NCBI GenBank assembly: GCA_963693365.1
Contig: CAVNZM010000006.1
Location: 1,612,001 to 1,676,000 of the forward strand
Direction: 5' to 3'
From: Amoebidium appalachense
Lineage: Eukaryota; Protista; Ichthyosporea
DNA length: 64,000 nt
Shown: one piece after another, positions 29,201-43,721 of the stretch
Position numbering within the stretch: position 1 is the first letter of the stretch
Layout: every line of letters starts with the position of its first letter
Program-made: the position numbers and the translations under genes
Notes under the pieces: generated by a model
Seen by the model: only the letters and a program-made list of their open reading frames with translations
Told to the model about the DNA's origin: nothing
Databases searched by the model: none

Positions 29201-29391
29201 GGAGGGGGTGGGGGGGGAGGGGAGACACATACCCGCACGTTCAGCCTTAGATCGTCCACAGTGATGCAACCCTCACCCAGATTCACAGTCAACTGGTCAA
29301 CCTCAATTTCGTCCAGCACATAGGGCCCTATACTTCTTTTCAAGAGAAACCGGACCAATTTTTTTTGCATCCACGCACTGTCAAAAAACAT
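3884..29391 (-). CDS. ATG2: Autophagy-related protein 2 (VPS13/ATG2 bridge-like lipid transfer protein), about 35 exons
   Basis: Chorein_N start in exons 29391-29233 and 28914-28746 (MQKKLVRFLLKRSIGPYV...DQLTVNLGEGCITVDDLRLN; SGTLGRVKVSIPWRDL). Internal matches include VCESIISKVEVHLENIVLRLE, VEVSACRDSFQVLSNLLSYYA, NLYGGTDW, DRVATSDRNKLLCYW and FNVHQDTMDMLVTFF. C-terminal region includes VRLDYGGKRVD...WLPHIRQTQLPKLI, PIRSLVNVGTGVVDLVRHPVEQY, LQRGVASF, QQPSTFTEG and AYDSLSRE. Last exons 4576-4479 (VVRAVPVVFTRPAIG) and 3949-3884 (GIQSTIDPEARCDNEEKLRRD*). Internal exon boundaries are approximate. Confidence 0.93.
10082..10270. repeat. Degenerate intronic tandem repeat, 3 copies of a 60-70 bp unit
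   Basis: Recurrent motif agtatagcaaa...ggggtctgtgtgattggtaaccatca three times with substitutions. Confidence 0.7.
11484..12867. mobile_element. Putative non-autonomous DNA transposon (MULE-like 9-bp TSD) inserted in an ATG2 intron
   Basis: Left end agcattagtttcggctgctga versus reverse complement of right end agcatgattccggctgctga (imperfect TIR of about 20 bp). Flanks gagcatata (11475-11483) and gagcataga (12868-12876). The interior is AT-rich, has none of the poly-G/C or (CA)n tracts of host introns and has no long ORF. Confidence 0.65.
13162..13235. repeat. Intronic direct duplication (about 37 bp x2)
   Basis: ttggtggtgggagc...tgtgacagtaggaaggg occurs twice in tandem. Confidence 0.65.
19268..19289 (-). 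terminator. Pol III oligo-T terminator of the tRNA-Glu gene
   Basis: Run of about 22 T on the minus strand starting 4 nt after the tRNA 3' end. Confidence 0.8.
19294..19365 (-). tRNA. tRNA-Glu (anticodon TTC), inside an ATG2 intron on the same strand
   Basis: Minus strand TCCCAATTGGTCTAGTGGTTAGGATTCCGCGCTTTCACCGCGGCGGCCGGGGTTCGATTCCCCGATTGGGAG has a 7-bp acceptor stem, an A box, a CCGCG/CGCGG anticodon stem with loop CTTTCAC, and a GGTTCGATTCC B box. Confidence 0.96.
19945..20067. repeat. Minisatellite, 3 x 40 bp
   Basis: tttgcatggtacgaagcattacatacagtcaacatgcagc repeated with a 40-bp period (tggtacga at 19951, 19991 and 20031). Confidence 0.92.
24453..24630. mobile_element. Fold-back / MITE-like palindromic element in an ATG2 intron
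   Basis: gcagagtttagggttgctccgtatagtagagtatcgaggaggagagactg is matched by its reverse complement ending at 24630 (1 mismatch in about 50 bp). The centre contains nested atgtttatgg...ccataaacat hairpins. No clear TSD. Confidence 0.7.
25050..25480. repeat. G/T-rich (GGGTGT)n-like degenerate microsatellite
   Basis: Many gggtgt/gggtgtgt units in an ATG2 intron. Confidence 0.7.
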
Positions 29392-30331
29392 TTTCAGCCT
29401 GGACTCGCAGTCACGCGCAAAAGCTGCTGCTACAGTGCCCCCATAACAATCTGTAAGGCGGAACTGGCTTGGGTTTCCATCGCCCTAGCTTGCGAGAGCA
29501 GTATAGGCATGTGGGCCATCACAGACTATCTTCCACTTTTTCTTGGCTTCATAGTAGACATTTCTCGCAAGTATCCTTTTTCCTGCTACGCTAATGCACC
29601 TAAATAACTTGAACATCAACAAAAGCCTTCCCAGGCTTGGGCCTTTCAAAAGTCAACGCTCTCTCTCTCAGCTCGGAGTCGCCGGCGCCAGTCCTCAGTC
29701 CTACCGTCTCCTACGTCACCGGCTTAATGCAGAGAGCTTACGTAATTGTGGTTTCCCGCACTGGAGTTATGTAAGCCTGATATAAAACCGATATAAATTT
29801 TTGTAAAACTCATTTAATTAAATTTTGTTTTATATCTCCATTTATATTAGTTATGTTGTTTTTACATTTTTAAAGCTAACGCCGAGGCTAAGAATGCGAT
29901 CAGCTGGTTCATCCAATAGGAGTCGTCTATAAACCAAGCGAAGGTTGATATACAGGCATACGCAATAACAGTTCGAAGAGCAGCTTTCAGTGCAATAAAC
30001 CCGCAGAATACTGAAATATATATGGCTGTAAATTCATGTTCCGCTTTCACAGACTTGTTTGAGCTTTCCTTCTCATATGCCACTTTGCAGGGGCACGCCG
30101 TGACCGCACCCCAGATCGGATTGCCCGATCTGGCCGAATCGCGGGCACAACTTGCGGTGTAATTATCTCGCATTGTTATGTCATTATAATTTGGCATTCC
30201 TATTGGCTGGACTAAATCGTGTTTTGATTGGCCAGGCAACGGCAGCATGGGGGCCACGTCGGGCAAAAAGGCGTGGCCTGGTCCGCAGTCAGAGTGGATC
30301 CGCCCTTCCCTCTGGCACACACACCGCCAAC
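29392..30331. promoter_or_regulatory. Head-to-head (probably bidirectional) promoter region between ATG2 and ATP synthase alpha
   Basis: Divergent ATGs at 29391 (minus) and 30332 (plus) are 940 bp apart. The region lacks microsatellites and has two ATTGG (reverse CCAAT) boxes near 30202 and 30227. Confidence 0.6.
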
Positions 30332-35830
<5,499 letters not shown>

Positions 35831-36668
35831 ACGACCCCCCCGAAATTTAATAAAGTAGTGTCCGGCTGTGCCAGGGGCTATGGCGTGCCGGGCATGTGTA
35901 TAGTTGCTACATACTGTGTGCAAGTGTAATCAGTGTACTTTTGTTGCTACATGTGGGGAGTTATGCACATTTATTCGCCGCACGCTCCGGCAATAGTCAA
36001 CAACCAAGATGTCATAAACGGTACTCCCTTATAACCTGGCGTGCCGCTGTGCACGTGTACCCCATATACATGTGTACGCTACATGTTGGTGTGCAGGTGT
36101 ACCTTGTGTGTGGTTGCTCTATGTGGGTGTGCAGGTGTTCAGTTTACGGGGCGCGCCATTGGATGGGTGTGAGTGCATGGCTCCTCTAGAGTTCTGCAAG
36201 TTGTGTGTACATGGTTGTCTTGGGCCCAATCATTTTTTGCCGCCCATGTAATTCATTCCCCCCCCCCCCCATACACACACACACACACACACACACATCG
36301 CCCTTCCCTGCCCTGCCCTGCCCTGCCCCGCACACCCAGGGGGGCACAAGGTGTCTAGGTCATGATGCATATGAATTCTGTGAGTTCACATAGCCGGAAT
36401 GGCACTTTACACCGAGTGTTAACACAGTGTCACATGTAGCTTGGTACCGGTGTTAACTTTCCCATTCTTTTTTTCTTAAAAAGCTTCTTCGGCCCTCTCC
36501 AGGCGTTTAACTCGTGGGATCATCACGCTCTCAGATCTTACCCCTCCACACACGCACACATGTCTATTATACACACAGACACAAAACGTGTGCACGCACA
36601 CCGACAGACACATCATGACGCGCGCGCGCACACACGCAGTGACACACACAAAACATGCGGATTCCTAC

Positions 36669-36820
36669 TTCTGGAACCGAGCAAGCGGGAACACCAATCG
36701 GGTTTTGACAATGTAACAGGAGGCATCGCACTGTGTATTGAATCTGCCAAGGTTTGCCGTAAGCTTTATTTCCCCTTTACTTTCTGTTTCAAGAGTGATA
36801 CGCGCACTTGAGTACTGTGT

Positions 36821-36866
<46 letters not shown>

Positions 36867-36876
36867 GGGGGTGGAG
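36669..36876 (-). repeat. Inverted copy A (208 bp) of the exon-containing segment 37751-37958
   Basis: Reverse complement matches 37751-37958 except for 3 substitutions; includes the (CA)n tract, the AG acceptor and the coding frame [48 protein letters not shown]. Confidence 0.92.
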
Positions 36877-37029
36877 TAACAAGTTTGTCGCACGTTTTGG
36901 CAAGGCGCAGGAAATCCTTCGAGGGTGGGAACCCCCCCCCCCCTCCCCCCCCAAACAAAAAAAAAATGCGCCCCTGGTTCCCCTTGCGCTCTAAGATTTG
37001 AAGATCAGCCCCCCGGCCCCCTCCCCCCC

Positions 37030-37060
<31 letters not shown>

Positions 37061-37750
37061 ACACACACCACCCGCCTCTCCACCTTCCCCCAACGCACAT
37101 CTACACGCAAACACAAACACACACACACACACACACGGGCCCCTAGGCCTCCCCAGCGCCCTCTTCGAATTCCCCTGTGCGCATACAAACATGCACCCAA
37201 TGAATTTACCTGAGTTATTCGAATACCAATATGAGGCATTCACGTTTCACTGAATGACTTCAATATACATTCCTCACGGAATTCCTGCTCATAACCTTGA
37301 CAAATCTGAACGTACTTTGATCAATCCCCCCCCCCCTCCCTCCCTCCCTCTAAATTTTCTGAACACATCCGCAGATGATACACATACCCACACCCACCGA
37401 CACTAAGTCTTTTCCATCGACATCCCAGCACCCCCCTCCGGGCCCTCACATGCCTTTTCCTCCCGCTTCCTCCTCCCTGCGGCCCTAGACCGTTGACAAA
37501 ATGCAAATTTCGGGGAGGGGCTAGCAGGGTGGTGGTCACCGTGGTCTAGAATCTTTTTTCTTTTCTTTTTTTTTTTCTCTTTTTTTTGCCCTGTGGCTGC
37601 AATTTTGTGTTCCGAATGGCAAATCAAATTAGGAATGCTGGGGTAAAGAGAGTGGGCAGGTGATCAGTCCCGAAGAGCCCCAAAGCCGCCTTCCCTCCCC
37701 CCTCCCCCCTCCCCCCCCCCCCCTCTCCCCTCCCCCCCCCCCCCCCGGCC

Positions 37751-37760
37751 CTCCACCCCC

Positions 37761-37806
<46 letters not shown>

Positions 37807-37958
37807 ACACAGTACTCAAGTGCGCGCATCACTCTTGAAACTGAAAGTAAAGGGGAAATAAAGCTTACGGCAAACCTTGGCAGATTCAATACACAGTGTG
37901 ATGCCTCCTGTTACATTGTCAAAACCCGATTGGTGTTCCCGCTTGCTCGGTTCCAGAA
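37751..37958 (+). repeat. Inverted copy B (208 bp), probably the genuine exon
   Basis: Near-identical inverted partner of 36669-36876. The frame stays open beyond the repeat ([12 protein letters not shown]) up to a GT near 37994. Confidence 0.92.
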
Positions 37959-38408
37959 ATCCCCACGGGGTTATATGTATACCACAGCAGAGGGTGTGAA
38001 TATGTGTGCATGAAACCTGGCCGACGGGGGTTGGTGACGGTGATGATGGTGATGGCGGTAAATTGTGGTGGGTGGGGGGGTGGGGGGTGGGGGTGGGGGG
38101 GGGGGGGGTTAGGGGGAAGGAGGAGGTGGGGGGGGCGGTTCAGAGGTTATGCCATGGAAGAGGGAGGGGGGGGGGGGGCTGGGGGGAGAGAGAGGGGGGG
38201 AGGTGGGGAGAGGGGGGATCCAGGGGTACAGGGAGTGCCGATGATGGCAGTCAAACATTAGGGTGGTGGTACTGATTGTGTCTATGAGAGATGCAGCAAT
38301 CGTACTGGTTGTGGAGTGTGAGGGGGGCGGGGAGGGGGGAAAGGGGGGCTGGCCTCAGCATGTATATAGGGCATGGGTGAGGGGAAAGGGAAGAGGAGGA
38401 GGAGGGGG

Positions 38409-38442
<34 letters not shown>

Positions 38443-39044
38443 GTCATGCTTCGGAGAAGAAAGGAGGGAGGGGACTATGGAAAATGGGGAGGGGGCGCCA
38501 CTGCATGGGAAAAGGGCTCCGCGCGGGGGCCCGCGGGAGGGGGGGGGGGGGGGGGGGGGGGAGGGGGAGGGGGGAAGCAAGTATTGGCTATGAGAAAGGG
38601 ATGGGGGAGGGGGGGGTTGACTCCTCTATTATTATGGCATGGCGTGATGTGTCATATGATGCAGCATGATCACGCCGTTGCGTGGCAAGACGATTTAGAG
38701 GGGATCATTGCACTTATAATGGCCGTTTCCCCCGACCAATCCGGAAACACGACATGGACCCTTGGTACATCATCAAAATTTAATGTGGTCTGTGAGCACC
38801 CATCTATCTCTGTGTGATGTCCTAAGTCACACAAACGCAACCGTATAGACAAGTGTGAGGTGTGTGTTTGTGTGTGTGTCTGTGGGGGAGGTGGGGGGGG
38901 GGGGGGGGAGGGGGGGGAGTGTGTGCACGCTCATGTGTGCCGGTGTGCACGTGCACGTGTGGGCATGTGTGTGTGTGCGTGTGTGTGTGTCTGTGCCGGT
39001 GTGCGTGTGTGTGTGTGTGTGCATCTATATATATATGTGTGTGT

Positions 39045-39075
<31 letters not shown>

Positions 39076-39799
39076 CGTATGTATGTGTGTGTGTGTGTGT
39101 GCTTGGTTGTTCGTGTGTGTGTCTTTGTGCATGTGTGATGTGCCTGGGCATGTGTGTGTGTGCGCGCGCGCACGTGTGTCTTTTGTGTGTCTGAGTGTAT
39201 TGGGAAGCCGGTTGTGAGGGTTTGGGGGGAGGGGGGAGCGGGGGGTGAGGAAGGAGCCGGGGGACCGTGGTCTTCCCTCCCGTTAAGGTTTGACTGCAAC
39301 CCTGAATGCTCTTCCTTGCTTTGACCCCCCCCCCTCCCCCCCCCCCCCCTCCATCCCCCCCAACCCCTGTACCCCCCTCCGTCTCCCTGGTCAATCAGCA
39401 ATTCCTTTTTGACCAAATCCTCATGCAAGCCCGCTTCCCTCCATCTCTCCCTGTCAACTTTTGCTGGCTAATCTTGCTGGGTCTTGCTGAACTTTCATTT
39501 TCCTCCAGACCCCCTCTCCCCTCCCCCTTTGCCCCCCGCCCTCATTCCCTCTCATCCCCCCTCTCCCCCCCCCACATGCCACCCCGGGGCCTCGCATCCC
39601 TTCCTTTCTCCCCCGCCTCGCCCAGTCATCAATTGCTCTTCCACCTTCATTCTCTTGTAAGGGTACGAAGAAAAGTTCAAACTGGAAGCGAGGATGGAGA
39701 GTAGCGGTGCAAAACGATTCGAATGGAACCACGTGGTGGGTGGACAGACCAATTGAGTAGAGCTGGGAGGGGGAGGTAGGGTGAGGGAAGGGGGAGCAA

Positions 39800-39834
<35 letters not shown>

Positions 39835-39922
39835 GGGAGGGGTGGGGGGGGGGGAGAGGGGGGGGGGGGTGCTCTAAACAGCTACGTATTGACGAACCGG
39901 GCATCGTGGAATCATGGGGGAA

Positions 39923-39956
<34 letters not shown>

Positions 39957-40213
39957 CATGAACTTGAATAATATAAAGGAAAATGCACGGCACAAAATAC
40001 CATATATAGCGTGCGGCTATTGCTTTAGCCAATCAGATCGATGGTTGTCTGACTCATGTTTTCATCTGATCACTGCACATGCCTTGAACCCTTACAAGAA
40101 AAATACAAAATTACACTGGGCAGCTAAACTATGAGAACTGCGATTCATGATAGGTATGGGTGGGTACGGGGAGGGTGAGGGTGTGGGTGGGGGTTGGGAA
40201 GGGTATGGGTGGG

Positions 40214-40264
<51 letters not shown>

Positions 40265-40572
40265 GGGGAGGTCCCTAATACTTTCCCATCTCTCCCTACC
40301 CCATCCACCCTTGTTTTGCAGTTTGAAACACAAATCGGCAAACCCATTGCTACAATGCTTGCGGCTTGTTCACTTGGGTGTGTGCGTGTCGTGTGTGTGT
40401 GGTGTGAGTGTGTTCTTTCCCTTTTTTTATTTTTATTTTGAGGGGGGGGGCGAAAGGGAGGGAAAGGGGGGGAGGGGGGAGGGGAGGGGAGGACAGGGGG
40501 GAGGGGGAGGAGAGGGGAGGGGGACAGCAAGGTTAGTACTTAGCCTTATTTTGGGGTTGGGGTTGGGGAGCC

Positions 40573-40619
<47 letters not shown>

Positions 40620-40825
40620 TGGCGTGCTAATGTGTGTTTGGTGGTAGTGGTGGTGGTGGTGTGTGTTTTTGTGTGTGGGGGGGGGGGGGGAGGGGGTGGG
40701 GGGGATGGGAGGGGGCCGGAGGGAGGGTAGGGGAGGAGGGGGTAAGGTGGGACGAACGGGGTTTGGTGCAGCCCGTGCACAGGTGCCTAACTTTGCCTGT
40801 GTGCATGGTGTCCCTCTGGTGTGTG

Positions 40826-40866
<41 letters not shown>

Positions 40867-41046
40867 CGTGCGTGTGTGCGGCGCGTGTGCGAGTGCGAGT
40901 GCCAGTGTGAGTGTGAGTGTGCGCGCTTGTGCATGTCCATGCATTTCTAGTGTGCGTATGTTGCACTTGCACGGGGAAAGGGTAGAGCAAGGTGGTCTTT
41001 CTATGCCTCGAGTAAGCAGTGAAACCCAGTATATATCTATTTGCAG
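37813..41046 (+). CDS. Putative multi-exon uncharacterised gene or decaying pseudogene
   Basis: Islands of complex sequence bounded by plausible plus-strand AG/GT sites: 37813-~37993 ([13 protein letters not shown]...), ~38665-38764 ([33 protein letters not shown]), ~39662-39735 ([25 protein letters not shown], phase-compatible with the previous exon) and ~40322-40377. I could not build a full stop-free model and recognise no family. The strand is not certain. Confidence 0.35.
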
Positions 41047-41363
41047 GTAGCACCAGGCCACACCATATTTATTAAAAAGATATTGACAGCGGAAATAAAA
41101 TGAATGTAGTCGGTATTACATTGGAATTTAAAATTAACACATACGGCAAGATTAGAAGCCAGCGCGTAAAAACGTAAATATAGCTAATTAGCAGCGGAGT
41201 CATTTGGCCACCTGTGCATCTGATGTACACATCCGCTAACTCGTTACCGAAGACATACAAAAAAAAGGTGTGTGCATTCGCGTATGCCACCTTTGGCCGG
41301 CAGCACATATTAACCCATTAACACAAAGTGTCTCTACCCTTACCCTTAAACATATATGCGCAT

Positions 41364-43721
41364 TTACAAGCGATCCTTCTTCTCGGGATCAATGTGAGAC
41401 TCCACCATGTTAAGGGTGGATTCCTGGATGGCCGTAGCCCGAGACTTATAGATCAGATATGCGCCCACCAGCATCATAAGAGCACCAACAACAGGCAGGC
41501 CAATCAGCACACCGTATGCCATGTGCACGGGGGGGTAAAGCGAAGCCACAAACTTCTCTGCGAGGTGGTCGGCAATCTGCGAGTTCTGTGCGTCGTAGTA
41601 GTAGGGGATGGGTGCATAGCGCATGGCGTTGAAAAGACCACCCCAAATCTGCACGGTGGCGTTGGAAACAGCAGGCACGTTCTTGACGGGGGTGTAGCTG
41701 TCACCCACGAGGGATTTCTTGGGCAGAAGCACGGCCTGAAGTGCCTTGCGTACGTGCATGGTGGTGCCGGAGAAAGGCTCAATGTCGAGGAAAGAGTCGT
41801 GGTTTTCGGCGTTGGGGGTAAGACCATCAACAAGGTCCGTGGTGCACTTGGGGTCGGCGTAGAGGAAGTGGGGGCGAGATGCACCGCCAAAGATGTTGCG
41901 GGTGTCTTGGAGGGCTGCGTTGGGGGCAGGGAGCATACCAACACCCTCGAGAAGACCGTCGCATTGCACGTCATACCACTTGCCGTTGTTGTACTTGTCC
42001 TTGGAAAGAATGTCCTTGGGGATGAGGAAACGGTTAAGGGTGATGCCGCTCAGCTCGATATCCTGGCCACTGTAGAAGATAGTCAGGTTGCGGTACACCT
42101 GTGTGATAAACACCTGGTACTCCTGCTCACGGGGGCCACGGCTGCCCCAGCTGATCTTGTCCATACGGGGGAACTGCTCGCCAGAGTAGTAGCCGGCAAA
42201 GTTCAGGCCTGGGCATTTGGCGGCGGTGGTCTCGTTGGCACCGGGGCAGGCGTTGGGGAAGATGAGGGGATCCACATAGAACTTACCGCCCCACTTGTTC
42301 CACGTCTGCACCTTCATTATGTCGCACTTGCCGGTGTTCTGCGTCTCGTTCAGTTCATTCAGACCGTCGGCAATCATACCGGGGACCTTCACACCGGGCA
42401 GGGGCTCAAAACCATAAATCCAGTCCTTAGCAGTGCCCTTGATGACGAGGCCAAAGTTCATCATGTCGAGGATAGGCATGGCCAGCTGCACGTACGAGGC
42501 AAGATAGTCGTTGAGGGCTGTCAGCATGAAGATGGTGGAGAGGGACTGGCTGTCGGCAACGTTAAGGCGCTGAGCAATGGCGGCACATGCGGGGGCGGAT
42601 GCGTTGCTGGTGCAGGGGGCAGACTTAATGCCCATTGCGGTGTAGCCTACGGTGGTGATCAGACCGGCACTGGCCTTGTTTGCTGGGTCGTTGATGGCCA
42701 TCAGAGTGAGGGCATCAGCGATACCGTTCCCCTTCAGACCCTGCATGAGCGCAACAACAAGTGTGGGCATGTCCATGGGCCCGGCCATGGGCACGTTGAC
42801 CTGGGTGCCGTTGAAGTAGCTGAAGAACAGGTTGCCCTCCTCCATGGTGAACCCCTCAAAGTCCGGCCAGATCTCCTTGGTGGACGGCATGGTCACAGTC
42901 TTAGCTGTACCGTTGATGTGCACTGTGATGTTCTTGCCGGGGTAGTTCTTGAAGAAGGCAGCGGGCTCGAGCGCAAAACCCTCGGGCAGGGGGCCACCGA
43001 GCTTGCTGACCAGCAGACCATTGATCATGGTCCACAGGGGCATGGCCTTGAGCGTGTCGATAATACCACTGGTGTTAGCAAAGGGGGGATTACCAGCCAT
43101 CATGCGCGTGAGCTGGAGCTGAGCAAACTGGCTGGCAATCATATCGGCACTCAGTTTGATGGGAAAGCCAAGGGGGGCCAGGTCAAAGCCCTCAACCTTG
43201 CTCATGAGGGTGGACAGAACACTGGGGAGGACGGCAGCCTGCACACCCGGGCCCATGCCGTTGAAGAAGGTGGCGGCACCCAGAATGATGGGGTTGAGCA
43301 TGTAGATGGTGTCGTTAAGGCTCACATTCTTGCCGCTCTTCTCTGGGGCGTACGTGTACGTGCTGTTCTTTGTGTAGGAGATGGTGCAGCCGTCGGCAGA
43401 GCCGGTGGTGTTGACCTTGGTGGTGGTGGCCTTGAACGAATATGGGCCGAGGTCCTGCACGCGGGGCTTGGCAGAGCCGCTGAGCCATGCCTCCTTGTTG
43501 GTGATATTGAAGATGTGGATGGAGTCGTAGAAGGGGGACTCGCCTGCCTCGGAGAAGCTAGCAAGACCCTCCTTTGTGGTGGCATCGGGCACAATGATGC
43601 CGTCGATGACTGGGGCAACCATGCCAGGCACAACCATGCCAATGACCACGCCCAGAATGAGCACAATAGCGCCCACAACTACGAGGGTTATACCCCCACA
43701 TTTCTTAGTGAGGCATGCCAT
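41364..43721 (-). CDS. CD36 / class B scavenger receptor / LIMP-2 family membrane glycoprotein, intronless, about 785 aa
   Basis: N-terminal TM helix (GGITLVVVGAIVLILGVVIGMVV) and C-terminal TM helix (GVLIGLPVVGALMMLVGAYLIY). CD36 motifs IFNITN...KPRVQDLGPYSF, SRPHFLYADP and GLTPNAENHDSFLDIEPFSGTTMHVRKALQ. Many N-x-S/T sites. ATG at 43721 chosen (MACLTKKCGG). Confidence 0.9.
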   Translation of the reverse strand: MACLTKKCGGITLVVVGAIVLILGVVIGMVVPGMVAPVIDGIIVPDATTKEGLASFSEAGESPFYDSIHIFNITNKEAWLSGSAKPRVQDLGPYSFKATTTKVNTTGSADGCTISYTKNSTYTYAPEKSGKNVSLNDTIYMLNPIILGAATFFNGMGPGVQAAVLPSVLSTLMSKVEGFDLAPLGFPIKLSADMIASQFAQLQLTRMMAGNPPFANTSGIIDTLKAMPLWTMINGLLVSKLGGPLPEGFALEPAAFFKNYPGKNITVHINGTAKTVTMPSTKEIWPDFEGFTMEEGNLFFSYFNGTQVNVPMAGPMDMPTLVVALMQGLKGNGIADALTLMAINDPANKASAGLITTVGYTAMGIKSAPCTSNASAPACAAIAQRLNVADSQSLSTIFMLTALNDYLASYVQLAMPILDMMNFGLVIKGTAKDWIYGFEPLPGVKVPGMIADGLNELNETQNTGKCDIMKVQTWNKWGGKFYVDPLIFPNACPGANETTAAKCPGLNFAGYYSGEQFPRMDKISWGSRGPREQEYQVFITQVYRNLTIFYSGQDIELSGITLNRFLIPKDILSKDKYNNGKWYDVQCDGLLEGVGMLPAPNAALQDTRNIFGGASRPHFLYADPKCTTDLVDGLTPNAENHDSFLDIEPFSGTTMHVRKALQAVLLPKKSLVGDSYTPVKNVPAVSNATVQIWGGLFNAMRYAPIPYYYDAQNSQIADHLAEKFVASLYPPVHMAYGVLIGLPVVGALMMLVGAYLIYKSRATAIQESTLNMVESHIDPEKKDRL

